A DNA stretch of 64,000 nucleotides from Rhodospirillaceae bacterium (GCA_038117265.1 JAYOFO010000007.1:3985-67984); one strand, 5' to 3'; shown: positions 32,926 to 43,131, numbered from the stretch's first letter. Program-made: numbers and translations. The notes: generated by a model not told the origin, from the letters alone.

Positions 32926-34170
32926 ATGTTTTCGCCCGTCGAATGGATGATCGCGCTGCGCTACATGCGCGCGCGCCGGGCCGAGGGGTTCATCTCGGTG
33001 ATCGCGGGCTTCTCGCTGCTCGGGATCGCGCTGGGCGTCGCCACCCTGATCATCGTGCTGTCGGTGATGAACGGCTTCCGCATCGAACTCCTCGACCGGA
33101 TCATCGGCCTCAACGGCCACATCGCAGTGATCAGCTCCACCGGGCCCCTGATCGACTACGATCCGATCGCGGAGCGGGTGCGCGCCGTCGAGGGTGTCGT
33201 CTCCGTGACCCCGCTCGTCGAGGGCCAGGTGCTGGCGACCAGCGGCGGGCAGGCCTCCGGGGCGCTGGTGCGCGGCGTGGCGCCCGACGCGCTCGCCCGG
33301 CGCGCCTCGATCGCCGGCAACATCCAGGCCGGTTCGCTGGATGCGTTCGAGGGCGGCGATGCGGTCGTCATGGGCGCGCGCCTGGCGCGCAAGCTCGGCG
33401 TGCGGGTCGGCGACAAGGTCACCCTGGTCTCGCCGCGCGGCAACGTCACGGCGTTCGGCACCGTGCCGCGGATGCAGGCCTACCGGGTCGTGGCGACCTT
33501 CCAGGTCGGCATGTTCGAGTTCGACAGCACCTTCGTGTTCATGCCGCTGGCCGCGGCCCAGCAGTATTTCCGTCTGGCCGATGCGGTGAACCAGCTCGAG
33601 GTCTTCGTCGAGGATCCCGACCGCCTGCTGCGCCCGCGCCTCGCCATCGGCGCCGTGCTGGACCCCGGGCTGCGCCTGTTCGATTGGCAGCAGGCCAACG
33701 GCAGCTTCTTCAACGCGCTGCAGGTCGAGCGCAATGTGATGTTTCTGATCCTCACCCTGATCATCCTGGTGGCGGCGTTCAACATCATCTCCAGCCTGAT
33801 CATGCTGGTGAAGGACAAGGGCTCGGCCATCGCGATTCTGCGCACCGTGGGCGCCTCGCGCGGCATGATCATGCGGGTGTTCTTCATTGTCGGCGCCAGC
33901 ATCGGCGTGGTCGGAACGCTGGCCGGCGCCGTACTCGGCCTGGTCTTCTCCGAGAACATCGAGGCGATCCGCGGCTGGCTCGAAGCCCTGACCGGGACCG
34001 AGCTGTTCGCCGCCGAGATCTACTTCCTCAGCCAGCTTCCCGCCGAGGTCGATCCCGGCGAGGTGGTGATGGTGGTGTCGATGGCGCTGGGCCTGTCGAT
34101 CCTGGCGACCCTGTACCCGAGCTGGCGGGCCTCGCGGCTCGATCCGGTCGAGGCGCTGCGCAATGAGTGA
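32926..34170 (+). CDS. lolE: Lipoprotein-releasing ABC transporter permease LolC/E
   Basis: [52 protein letters not shown]. Confidence 0.92.
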   Translation: MFSPVEWMIALRYMRARRAEGFISVIAGFSLLGIALGVATLIIVLSVMNGFRIELLDRIIGLNGHIAVISSTGPLIDYDPIAERVRAVEGVVSVTPLVEGQVLATSGGQASGALVRGVAPDALARRASIAGNIQAGSLDAFEGGDAVVMGARLARKLGVRVGDKVTLVSPRGNVTAFGTVPRMQAYRVVATFQVGMFEFDSTFVFMPLAAAQQYFRLADAVNQLEVFVEDPDRLLRPRLAIGAVLDPGLRLFDWQQANGSFFNALQVERNVMFLILTLIILVAAFNIISSLIMLVKDKGSAIAILRTVGASRGMIMRVFFIVGASIGVVGTLAGAVLGLVFSENIEAIRGWLEALTGTELFAAEIYFLSQLPAEVDPGEVVMVVSMALGLSILATLYPSWRASRLDPVEALRNE

Positions 34171-34843
34171 GGCGGCGCTGAGCCTGCGCGGCGTGTCGCG
34201 CACCTTCCACCAGGGCGGGCGCGACCTGGCCGTCCTGCGCGGCGTGGACCTGGACCTGGCCGCTGGCGAGATCGTCGCGCTGGTCGGGCCCTCGGGGGCG
34301 GGCAAGTCGACCCTGCTGCACATCGCCGGCCTGCTGGAGCATCCCGATGCGGGCCAGATCGCGATCGCGGGCGAGGCCTGCGCCGGCCTGGCCGACGGCG
34401 AACGCACGCGCCTGCGGCGCAACGTCCTGGGCTTCGTCTACCAATTCCATCACCTTCTGCCCGAATTCTCCGCGCTCGAGAACGTCATGCTGCCGCAGAT
34501 GATCGCCGGCACGCCGCGTGCGGCCGCGCGTGCGCGCGCAGGCGAACTGCTCGAGATGTTGGGGCTCGGCGCGCGGGTGGGCCACCGCCCGGCCCAGCTC
34601 TCGGGCGGCGAGCAGCAGCGCGTCGCCATCGCGCGCAGCGTCGCCAATGCGCCCGCCGTGCTGCTGGCCGACGAGCCGACCGGCAACCTGGATCCCGAGA
34701 CGGCCGAGGCGGTGTTCGCCCAGCTTCTCGGCCTGGTGCGCGGCGCCGGCCTGGCGGCGCTGGTGGCGACCCACAATCTGGACCTGGCGGCGCGCATGGA
34801 CCGGGTCTTGCGCATCCGCGACGGGCATCTGACCGCGGCGTGA
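34163..34843 (+). CDS. lolD: Lipoprotein-releasing ABC transporter ATP-binding protein
   Basis: [40 protein letters not shown]. Confidence 0.95.
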   Translation: MSEAALSLRGVSRTFHQGGRDLAVLRGVDLDLAAGEIVALVGPSGAGKSTLLHIAGLLEHPDAGQIAIAGEACAGLADGERTRLRRNVLGFVYQFHHLLPEFSALENVMLPQMIAGTPRAAARARAGELLEMLGLGARVGHRPAQLSGGEQQRVAIARSVANAPAVLLADEPTGNLDPETAEAVFAQLLGLVRGAGLAALVATHNLDLAARMDRVLRIRDGHLTAA

Positions 34844-34921
34844 GGCCGCGCCCGACTTGTCCCCGGGTTTCGCGCGATTGAAGCGCAGCGCCCGGCGGCA
34901 GAATCGGGCTAAATTCGGCGC

Positions 34922-37900
34922 ATGTCCCACGCCGATTTCGTCCACCTCCGTGTCCATTCCGCCTATTCCCTCGCCGAGGGGGCGCTGCGCATCCCGCAGC
35001 TGGTCGCCCTGTGCCGCGAAAAGGCGATGCCGGCGGTCGCGATCACCGACACCGGCAACCTGTTCGGCGCGCTGGAATTCTCGCTGGCCGCGGCCAAGGC
35101 GGGTATCCAGCCGATCGTGGGCTGCCAGGTGGCGCTGGCGCGCGAGGAGAACCCCGATTCCAGCGCCAGCGGCGCGCGCTATGCCGATGGCGACCAGCTC
35201 GTCCTGCTGGCGCAGTCGCAAGCGGGCTACGGCAACCTGCTCGACCTCGTCAGCCGCTCCTACATCGAGATGGACGATGGCGGCCGGCCCATGGTGAAGC
35301 TTTCCGCGCTGGACGGGCGCACCGAGGGGCTGATCGCGCTCACGGGCGGGGTCGCGGGCCTGCCGGGCCGCCTGCTGGCCGAGGGGCAGGCCGGTGCGGC
35401 CGAGGCGGCGCTGCTGCGCCTGGCCGCCCTGTTCCCGGAGCGGCTCTATGTCGAACTGCAGCGCCACGGGCTCGACAGCGAGGACCGGCTGGAGCCGGCC
35501 TTCCTCGATCTCGCCTACAAGCACGATTTGCCGCTGGTGGCGACCAACGAGGCGTTCTTCGCCGATGCCGACATGTACGAGGCCCACGACGCGCTGCTGT
35601 GCATCTCGCAGAGCGCCTACGTGTCGCAGTCCGAACGCCGCCGGGTGACGCCGGAACACCGGTTCAAGTCGGCGGCGGAGATGCGTGCGCTGTTCGCCGA
35701 CCTGCCCGAGGCGATCGACAACACGCTGGTGGTGGCGCAGCGCTGCGCGTTCATGCCGACCGAGGCGAGCCCCATGCTGCCGCCGTTCCCCACCGTGGGG
35801 GCCAAGAGCGAGGACGACGCGCTGCGCGCCGAGGCCGCGGCCGGCCTCGAGGCGCGGCTGGAGAGCCTTGTCTACGCCGCCGACATGGATGCCGCCGCCC
35901 GCGAGGCGACGGCGAAACCGTACCGAGACAGGTTGAGCTTCGAGCTCGAAACCATTGTTAATATGGGATATTCAGGTTACTTCCTGATCGTCTCCGACTT
36001 CATCAAATGGTCCAAGGCCAACGGCGTCGCCGTGGGTCCGGGCCGCGGTTCGGGCGCCGGCTCGGTGGTCGCCTGGGCGCTGACCATCACCGACCTCGAC
36101 CCGCTGCGCTTCGGGCTGTTCTTCGAGCGCTTCCTGAACCCCGAGCGTGTGTCGATGCCCGACTTCGACATCGACTTCTGCCAGGAACGCCGCGACGAGG
36201 TGATCCACTACGTCCAGCAGAAGTATGGCGACGACCGGGTCGCCCAGATCATCACCTTCGGCAAGCTGCAGGCGCGCGCCGTGGTGCGCGACGTCGGCCG
36301 GGTGCTCGAGATGCCCTACGGCCAGGTCGACCGGATCGCCAAGATGGTGCCCAACAACCCGGCGAACCCGGTGACCCTGAAGGAGGCGATCGAGGGGGAA
36401 CCGCAGCTCCAGGCGATGCGCGACGAGGACGAGGCGGTCGCGCATCTGCTTGATATCGCACTGAAACTCGAGGGGCTGTACCGGAACTCCTCGACCCATG
36501 CGGCCGGCGTGGTGATCGGCGACCGGCCGCTGTCGGAGACCATTCCGCTGTATCGCGATCCGCGGTCGGCGACCCTGGCGACCCAGTTCTCGATGAAATA
36601 TGTCGAGGCGGCGGGGCTGGTGAAATTCGATTTCCTGGGCCTCAAGACCCTCGACGTGCTGCAGAAGGCCGTGGAACTGCTCGCCGAAAGCGGAATCGCG
36701 GTCGATCTGGCGGCTCTGCCGCTCGACGATGCCAGGACCTTCGAGATGCTCGGCCGCGGCGACACGACCGGCGTGTTCCAGTGTGAATCCTCGGGCGTGC
36801 GCGACGTGCTGCGCAAGCTGGGGCCGGACCGGTTCGAGGACATCATCGCGGTCGTGGCGCTGTACCGCCCCGGCCCGATGGACAACATCCCCAGCTACAT
36901 CTCGCGCAAGCACGGCAAGGAAGAGGTCGACTACCTGCACGAAAATCTCGAGGCCTGCCTGGGCGAGACCTACGGCATCCCGATCTACCAGGAGCAGGTG
37001 ATGCAGATGGCGCAGGAGCTGGCGGGCTACACGCTGGGCGGCGCCGACCTGCTGCGCCGCGCCATGGGCAAGAAGATCAAGGCCGAGATGGACGCCCAGC
37101 AGGAGACGTTCGTCGCCGGCGCGGCGAAGAACGGGGTGCCCGAGGCCACATCGGCCCGCATCTTCGAGACCATCGCCAAGTTCGCGGGCTACGGCTTCAA
37201 CAAGGCCCACGCCGCCGCCTATGCGCTGATCGCCTACCAGACGGCCTATCTGAAGGCGAATTATCCGGTCGAGTTCTTCGCCGCGTCGATGACACTGGAC
37301 ATGGGCAACACAGACAAGCTGGCGATCTACAAGCAGGAACTGGCGAAGAACCGCATATCCCTGCTGCCGCCCGACATCAACGCCTCCCACGTCGAATTCT
37401 CCGTGGAGGGCGTGCGCGACGCCGATGTCGATGTCGATGCGGGCGAGGCGGCCGATGCGGAGGCCGCGCGCCCGGTCGGCGGCATCCGCTACGCGCTGGC
37501 CGCCATCAAGGGCGTCGGCAGCGGGGCCGTGCGCGACCTGGTGGCTGAGCGCACGGCCAACGGGCCCTTCGACGACCCCTTCGCCGTGGCCAGCCGGCTC
37601 GACCCCCATGTCCTGAACCGCCGCCAGCTCGAACAGCTGGTCTGCGCCGGCGCCTTCGACCGGCTCGACGGCAACCGGGCGCGGGTGTTCGGCGGGATCG
37701 ACCAGATCCTCGCTCATGCCCAGAGCACCCAGCGCGAGCGCGAAACCGGCCAGTTCAACCTGCTCGGCGAGATGGCGGACGAGGCGGGTGCCGCGCCGCG
37801 CCTGCCGGCGCGCGACGACTGGGTCCAGTCCGAGCGCCTGCAGCGCGAACTGGACGCGATCGGGTTCTACATGTCCGCCCATCCGCTCGACGAGTATGCC

Positions 37901-38470
37901 AAGCTCCTCGACCGCCTCGGCATCGTCGGCAGCGCCGATGTCGAGCGCACGGTGGCCGCCCAGGGCGGCGCGGCGGTGATTGCGCTCGCCGGCTCGGTGA
38001 TCGCGGTCCAGCAGCGCACCTCGCAGCGGGGCAGCAAATACGCCTTCGTGCAGCTCTCCGACGCGTCGGGAACCTATGAGGTGACGATGTTCGCCGAGGT
38101 GCTGGCCGCCGCGCGCGAGACGCTGGAGAGCGGCAAGCCGGTGCTGGTGCAGACCGCAGCGCGGATCGAGGACGGCCAGCTGCGCCTGACGGTCCAGAGC
38201 GTGCGCGAACTCGACGCCGCGGCCGCTAGCGCGCCGGTGGCGATCCGCATCTGGGTCGAGGATTCCGATCCGCTCGGATCGCTCAAATCCCTGATCGAGC
38301 GGGAGGCCCTGCCGTCGAACGCGCGGCCGGGCAACGGGCGGATCAGCCTGGTGATCCCGGACGGCGGGCGCGACGTGGTCGTGCGGCTCGACGGGTCCTA
38401 TGTCTGCACGCCGCAGCTGCGCCAGGCGATGCGCGCGATCGCCGGCGTGGTCGACGTGCAGGAACTGTAG
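34922..38470 (+). CDS. dnaE: DNA polymerase III alpha subunit
   Basis: PHP domain FVHLRVHSAYSL, GPGRGSGAGS, PDFDIDF, KFDFLGL, YGFNKAH; no intein seen. Confidence 0.98.
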   Translation: MSHADFVHLRVHSAYSLAEGALRIPQLVALCREKAMPAVAITDTGNLFGALEFSLAAAKAGIQPIVGCQVALAREENPDSSASGARYADGDQLVLLAQSQAGYGNLLDLVSRSYIEMDDGGRPMVKLSALDGRTEGLIALTGGVAGLPGRLLAEGQAGAAEAALLRLAALFPERLYVELQRHGLDSEDRLEPAFLDLAYKHDLPLVATNEAFFADADMYEAHDALLCISQSAYVSQSERRRVTPEHRFKSAAEMRALFADLPEAIDNTLVVAQRCAFMPTEASPMLPPFPTVGAKSEDDALRAEAAAGLEARLESLVYAADMDAAAREATAKPYRDRLSFELETIVNMGYSGYFLIVSDFIKWSKANGVAVGPGRGSGAGSVVAWALTITDLDPLRFGLFFERFLNPERVSMPDFDIDFCQERRDEVIHYVQQKYGDDRVAQIITFGKLQARAVVRDVGRVLEMPYGQVDRIAKMVPNNPANPVTLKEAIEGEPQLQAMRDEDEAVAHLLDIALKLEGLYRNSSTHAAGVVIGDRPLSETIPLYRDPRSATLATQFSMKYVEAAGLVKFDFLGLKTLDVLQKAVELLAESGIAVDLAALPLDDARTFEMLGRGDTTGVFQCESSGVRDVLRKLGPDRFEDIIAVVALYRPGPMDNIPSYISRKHGKEEVDYLHENLEACLGETYGIPIYQEQVMQMAQELAGYTLGGADLLRRAMGKKIKAEMDAQQETFVAGAAKNGVPEATSARIFETIAKFAGYGFNKAHAAAYALIAYQTAYLKANYPVEFFAASMTLDMGNTDKLAIYKQELAKNRISLLPPDINASHVEFSVEGVRDADVDVDAGEAADAEAARPVGGIRYALAAIKGVGSGAVRDLVAERTANGPFDDPFAVASRLDPHVLNRRQLEQLVCAGAFDRLDGNRARVFGGIDQILAHAQSTQRERETGQFNLLGEMADEAGAAPRLPARDDWVQSERLQRELDAIGFYMSAHPLDEYAKLLDRLGIVGSADVERTVAAQGGAAVIALAGSVIAVQQRTSQRGSKYAFVQLSDASGTYEVTMFAEVLAAARETLESGKPVLVQTAARIEDGQLRLTVQSVRELDAAAASAPVAIRIWVEDSDPLGSLKSLIEREALPSNARPGNGRISLVIPDGGRDVVVRLDGSYVCTPQLRQAMRAIAGVVDVQEL

Positions 38471-38533
38471 CCGCCGCCCGGAAAAGGCGTATAAAATCCT
38501 CCCTCGAACAAGAAAACGGGGGAGTCAGAGACA

Positions 38534-38863
38534 ATGTCCACCAAGCTCATGGAGCGTACGGCCGCCGAGGCCGCGGACCGCGAAGTCGGTCATTTCGAGG
38601 TCCTCGTCGACGACGCGCGGACCCGCATCACCCAGTGGCACATCAAGCCGGGGCAGCAGACCGGCTGGCACTCCCACGATTTCGACTATGTGACCATCCA
38701 GCAGTCCGAGGGCCAGCTGCACATGGAGCATGCCGACGGGTCGGAGCGCGACGTTTTCTACGTGCCGGGCACGGCCGTGGCGATCAAGGCGCCGGTGGAG
38801 CACAATGCCACCAATGTGGGCGACGTCGACATCCGCGTCCTCGAAATCGAATACAAGAGCTGA
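38534..38863 (+). CDS. Small cupin, BauB-like (copy 1)
   Basis: LVDDARTRITQWHIKPGQQTGWHSHDFDYV...VEHNATN...EIEYK; GGGGAG RBS. Confidence 0.8.
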   Translation: MSTKLMERTAAEAADREVGHFEVLVDDARTRITQWHIKPGQQTGWHSHDFDYVTIQQSEGQLHMEHADGSERDVFYVPGTAVAIKAPVEHNATNVGDVDIRVLEIEYKS

Positions 38864-38879
38864 CGGGCGGAGCGGTCGC

Positions 38880-39221
38880 ATGTCGCAGAAGCTCGAGGAA
38901 CGCACGAAGGCCGAGGTTCCGGCGGAGAACCGGGGCCATTACGAGGTGCTGGTCGACAACGACACCACCCGGATCACCTTCCACCACATCGAGAAGGGCC
39001 AGTGTTCGGGCTGGCACCTGCACGATACGAACTATGTCGGCTATCACTTCGGCGACAGCGAGGTGCGGATCGAGCGCGGCGAGGGCGATGCGCCGACGAC
39101 CATGGCGTCGAACAAGGGTGTGGCGACCTTCTACGACGTCGGCGACGGCTTCGAGCACAACGTCACGGTCGTCAGCGACACGCCGCTGATCGCGCTGGAG
39201 ATCGAGTACAAGAAGGGGTGA
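38880..39221 (+). CDS. Small cupin, BauB-like (copy 2, paralog of the upstream gene)
   Basis: LVDNDTTRITFHHIEKGQCSGWHLHDTNYV...FEHNVTV...EIEYK; GGAG RBS before ATG 38880. Confidence 0.8.
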   Translation: MSQKLEERTKAEVPAENRGHYEVLVDNDTTRITFHHIEKGQCSGWHLHDTNYVGYHFGDSEVRIERGEGDAPTTMASNKGVATFYDVGDGFEHNVTVVSDTPLIALEIEYKKG

Positions 39222-39829
39222 GGCTGGCCACCGCCGAACAGGAGGCCGAGGGCGCGCCCCAGGAGCTGATCAAGGCCGACCGGCGCACCGTGCGCCAGAT
39301 TCTCACCGCCCCCGTCGACGGGGTGGTACAGAAACTCGCGGCCTACACGGTGGGCGGCGTGGTGAACACCGGCGACCCGGTGCTCGTCGTTGTGCCCGCC
39401 GGCCGCACCCTGGAGGTGGAGGCGAGCGTGCTCAACAAGGACGTCGGCTTCGTCGAGGCGGGCCAGATCGTCGAGGTGAAGCTGGAGGCGTTCCCGTTCA
39501 CCCGCTGCGGCACGATCCACGGCTATCTCGACGGGTGCGACGCGGCGCTCTGGCATGCGGAGGCCATGCGGCGTGACGCGGTTGAGCGCCGGCTTCTCGT
39601 GATTGCCGAGGCGGCCGCGAGCCTTGGCGAATTGGCGGAGACGGATATCCCGGACCAGCCCTGGCCCGCGATCCGTGGCATCGGCAACCGGCGGCGGCAC
39701 GAGTACGGCGCGGTCGACGATAGGTTGATCTGGAACCTGGTCTCGGGGCCGCAATTGCAACCGCTCTGCGATGCCGTGGCGAAGCGCCTGGACCGTGGCG
39801 GTGTGGCCGACGGCGCGGAAGACGCCTGA
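39218..39829 (+). pseudogene. In-frame chimera of a HlyD-family type I secretion adaptor fragment and a HepT/DUF86 RNase fragment
   Basis: LTAPVDGVVQKL..YTVGGVV...LEVEASVLNKDVGFV..GQ.VEVKLEAFPFTRCGTIHG (HlyD) runs directly into YLDG...DAVERRLLVIAEAA...PWPAIRGIGNRRRHEY...IW (DUF86/HepT). Confidence 0.75.
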
Positions 39830-39843
39830 CCCCGATTAAAACC

Positions 39844-39880
39844 TTGAATCGCCGGCGGCTTGGGGGTATCAAGCCGCCGG
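39844..39880 (+). promoter_or_regulatory. Putative rpsB promoter overlapped by an 11-bp inverted repeat
   Basis: TTGAAT-N17-TATCAA; arms CCGGCGGCTTG (39852-39862) and CAAGCCGCCGG (39870-39880). Confidence 0.5.
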
Positions 39881-39904
39881 TTCCCGTTTGATTGCGGGAA
39901 CTTA

Positions 39905-40012
39905 ATTCCACACGTAGACCTGCGGCAGGCGGACAGACAGACCCGCACGTCGATCCGGTGCCCCCGAGGGGGCGACAGTCTGCGGAGGCACGAACCGGTA
40001 AAGGAGAGACCC
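39905..40012 (+). promoter_or_regulatory. rpsB 5' leader, probable S2 autoregulatory (t44-like) structured RNA
   Basis: Long 5' UTR with CCACACG...CCGGTG...GGAGG...AACCGG and pairing CCGGT/ACCGG segments ahead of the AAGGAG RBS. Recognised by position and partial motifs only. Confidence 0.45.
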
Positions 40013-40849
40013 ATGGCGGTCCCGACGTTCACCATGCGTCAGCTTCTAGAAGCTGGCGTTCATTTCGGTCACAACACCCGGCGCTGGAATCCGAAGATGG
40101 CGCCGTTCATCTTCGGCGACCGCAACGGCATCCACATCATCGACCTGCAGCAGACGGTCCCGATGCTGTATGCGGCGCTCAATGCGGTCCGCGACGTGGC
40201 ATCGGGCGGCGGGCGCGTGCTCTTCGTCGGCACCAAGCGCGCGGCGAGCGACATCGTCGCGGAATCGGCGCGCAAGTGCGGCCAGTACTACGTCAACCAG
40301 CGCTGGCTCGGCGGCATGCTGACCAACTGGAAGACCATTTCCCATTCGATCAAGACCCTGAAGGAACTGGAAGAGCAGCTTTCGAGCGACGCCACCCAGG
40401 GCCTGACGAAGAAGGAGCTGCTGAACCTGACGCGCCAGCGCGACAAGCTGGAAATGGCGCTCGGCGGCATCAAGGAGATGGGCGGGCGTCCCGACCTGAT
40501 CGTGGTGATCGACACCAACAAGGAAGACATCGCGATCAAGGAGGCCAAGAAGCTTGGCATTCCGGTCATCGGCGTCGTCGACTCGAATTCGAACCCGACC
40601 GACATCGACATGCCGATCCCGGGTAACGACGATGCGATGCGCGCGATCCAGCTCTATTGCGACCTGTTCGCCGGCGCGGTGATCGACGGGCTGCAGCAGG
40701 AGATGGCCGAGTCGGGCGTCGATATCGGCGCCGCCGAGGCGCCGCCGGAAGAGGTGGCGGTTGCCGAGGCCGCGGCCGAGCCGGCTCCTGCCGAAGCGGC
40801 GCCCACCGAGGCGGCCCCTGCGGACGCGGAAGCCGCACCGGCGAATTAA
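40013..40849 (+). CDS. rpsB: 30S ribosomal protein S2
   Basis: [33 protein letters not shown]; Ala/Glu/Pro-rich tail. Confidence 0.98.
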   Translation: MAVPTFTMRQLLEAGVHFGHNTRRWNPKMAPFIFGDRNGIHIIDLQQTVPMLYAALNAVRDVASGGGRVLFVGTKRAASDIVAESARKCGQYYVNQRWLGGMLTNWKTISHSIKTLKELEEQLSSDATQGLTKKELLNLTRQRDKLEMALGGIKEMGGRPDLIVVIDTNKEDIAIKEAKKLGIPVIGVVDSNSNPTDIDMPIPGNDDAMRAIQLYCDLFAGAVIDGLQQEMAESGVDIGAAEAPPEEVAVAEAAAEPAPAEAAPTEAAPADAEAAPAN

Positions 40850-40897
40850 CGCTTTAAAACAGATAGTTCTGAATCTTTATTCGAGTGGAGAATCGGC

Positions 40898-41815
40898 ATG
40901 GCTGAGATCACGGCGGCAGCCGTCAAGGAGCTGCGCGAGAAATCCGGCGCGGGCATGATGGACTGCAAGACCGCGCTGACCGAGTCCGGCGGCGACATGG
41001 AGGCGGCGGTCGACTGGCTGCGCAAGAAGGGCCTGTCCGCGGCGGCGAAGAAGGCCGGCCGGGCCGCGGCCGAGGGCCTCGTCGGCCTGGCGGTCGAGGG
41101 CCAGACGGGCGCGCTGGTTGAGGTCAATGCCGAGACTGATTTCGTGGCCCGCAACGAGACCTTTCAGGGGTTCGTCGGCGATGTCGCGAAGCTCGCGGTC
41201 GGCGCCGGAGAGAGCGTCGACGGGCTGAAGGCCGCGTCCTACGACGGCGGTACGGTGGAGAGCGCGACGGTCGACCTGGTTGCGAAGATTGGCGAGAACA
41301 TCGGCCTGCGCCGCTCGGCCCGGCTTTCCGTGGGCCAGGGCGTCGTCTCGGGCTATGTGCACAACCAGATCGCGCCGGGCCTGGGCAAGATCGGCGTCCT
41401 GGTGGCGCTCGAATCCGCCGGCGATGCCAGCAAGCTCGAGGAGCTCGGCCGGCAGCTGGCGATGCATGTCGCGGCGGCCCAGCCGCAGTTCCTGGATATC
41501 GCATCCGTCGATGCCGACGCGCTGGCGCGCGAGCGCGACGTGCTGGCCGAGCAGGCCCGCGCCTCGGGCAAGCCCGACGAGATCGTCCAGAAGATGGTCG
41601 AGGGCCGCCTGCGCAAGTATTACGAGGAAGTGGTCCTGGTCGAGCAGACCTACGTGATCGACGGCGAGACGAAGATCTCCAAGGTCGTCGAGGCGGCCGC
41701 GAAGGACATCGGCACGCCGGTCAAGATCGCCGGGTTCGTCCGGTTCACGCTGGGCGAGGGCGTCGAGCGCCGCACCGACGATTTCGCCGACGAGGTCGCG
41801 AAACTCGCGGGCTAG
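40898..41815 (+). CDS. tsf: Elongation factor Ts
   Basis: [32 protein letters not shown]. Confidence 0.98.
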   Translation: MAEITAAAVKELREKSGAGMMDCKTALTESGGDMEAAVDWLRKKGLSAAAKKAGRAAAEGLVGLAVEGQTGALVEVNAETDFVARNETFQGFVGDVAKLAVGAGESVDGLKAASYDGGTVESATVDLVAKIGENIGLRRSARLSVGQGVVSGYVHNQIAPGLGKIGVLVALESAGDASKLEELGRQLAMHVAAAQPQFLDIASVDADALARERDVLAEQARASGKPDEIVQKMVEGRLRKYYEEVVLVEQTYVIDGETKISKVVEAAAKDIGTPVKIAGFVRFTLGEGVERRTDDFADEVAKLAG

Positions 41816-41846
41816 GCCCCCAACCGGAACCGGGACGGGCACGACG

Positions 41847-42572
41847 ATGCGCGGCAATTCGCCCTACAAACGCGTTCTCCTGAAGATTTCAGGCGAAGTC
41901 CTGATGGGCGATGGGGAGTTCGGCCTCGACCCCGAGACCGTCGCCCGGGTGGCCGGCGACATCGCCGAGGTCCGCGCCCAGGGCTTCGAGCTCTGCCTCG
42001 TGGTCGGCGGCGGGAATATCTTCCGCGGCGTGTCGGTGGCGGCCCAGGGAATGGAGCGGGCGAGCGCCGACTATATGGGCATGCTCGCCACGGTGATGAA
42101 CGCGCTGGCGCTGCAGTCGGCGCTGGAAGCCCGCGACGTGCCGACCCGCGTCCTGTCGGCGATTCCCATGGCGACCGTGTGCGAGCCCTATATCCGCCGC
42201 CGCGCCGACCGGCACCTGGAAAAGGGCCGGGTGGTGATCTTCGCCGCGGGAACCGGAAATCCGTATTTCACGACCGATACGGCGGCCGCGCTGCGCGCCT
42301 CGGAGATGAACTGCGATTGCCTGATGAAGGGGACCAAGGTCGACGGCGTCTATGCGTCGGACCCGAAGCTCGACCCGGACGCCGAACGTTTCGAGCGCCT
42401 GACCCATTTCGAGGTGTTGCAGCGCGACCTGAAGGTCATGGACGCGGCGGCGATAACCCTCTGCCGCGAGAACGACATTCCGATTATTGTGTTCTCCATC
42501 CAGAACGCAGGTGAGGTGAAACGGGTCCTGGAAGGCCAGGGCCGGTTCACGATCGTAACCGGGGAGGGCTAG
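41847..42572 (+). CDS. pyrH: UMP kinase
   Basis: [38 protein letters not shown]. Confidence 0.98.
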   Translation: MRGNSPYKRVLLKISGEVLMGDGEFGLDPETVARVAGDIAEVRAQGFELCLVVGGGNIFRGVSVAAQGMERASADYMGMLATVMNALALQSALEARDVPTRVLSAIPMATVCEPYIRRRADRHLEKGRVVIFAAGTGNPYFTTDTAAALRASEMNCDCLMKGTKVDGVYASDPKLDPDAERFERLTHFEVLQRDLKVMDAAAITLCRENDIPIIVFSIQNAGEVKRVLEGQGRFTIVTGEG

Positions 42573-43127
42573 ATGTCTGCGGACGAAGGTGATCTCAAGC
42601 GCCGCATGGACGGCGCGCTGGACGCGCTGAAGCGCGAATTCGGGGGATTGCGGACCGGGCGCGCGTCGACCGCGCTGCTCGAGAACATCGCGGTCGAGGT
42701 CTACGGGGCCTCGATGCCGATGAACCAGATCGGCACCATCAGCGTGCCCGAGCCGCGGTTGCTGACGGTCCAGGTCTGGGACAATGGCAACGTGAAGGCG
42801 GTCGAGAAGGCGATCATGGACTCCGAGCTGGGGCTGAACCCTCAGACCGAGGGCAACCTGCTGCGCGTCCCGATTCCCGAGTTGAGCGAGGAACGGCGCG
42901 AGGAGATGGCCAAGGTCGCCGCGAAATATGCCGAGCAGGCGCGGATCGCGGTCCGAAACGTGCGCCGGGACGGGATGGATTCCCTGAAGCGGCTCGAGAA
43001 GGACGGCGAAATCTCGCAAGACGAGCAACGCGCCCGCGGCGACGACATCCAGAAATTGACCGACCGGCACATCGCCACCATCGACGAACTGCTCAGCGCC
43101 AAGGAGCAGGAGATCATGCAGGTCTGA
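42573..43127 (+). CDS. frr: Ribosome recycling factor
   Basis: [26 protein letters not shown]. Confidence 0.97.
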   Translation: MSADEGDLKRRMDGALDALKREFGGLRTGRASTALLENIAVEVYGASMPMNQIGTISVPEPRLLTVQVWDNGNVKAVEKAIMDSELGLNPQTEGNLLRVPIPELSEERREEMAKVAAKYAEQARIAVRNVRRDGMDSLKRLEKDGEISQDEQRARGDDIQKLTDRHIATIDELLSAKEQEIMQV

Positions 43128-43131
43128 CGCG

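Noticed and set aside
40720-40846. Repetitive Ala/Glu/Pro tail of RpsB
   Set aside because: Low-complexity S2 tails are common in alphaproteobacteria; not a DNA repeat element.
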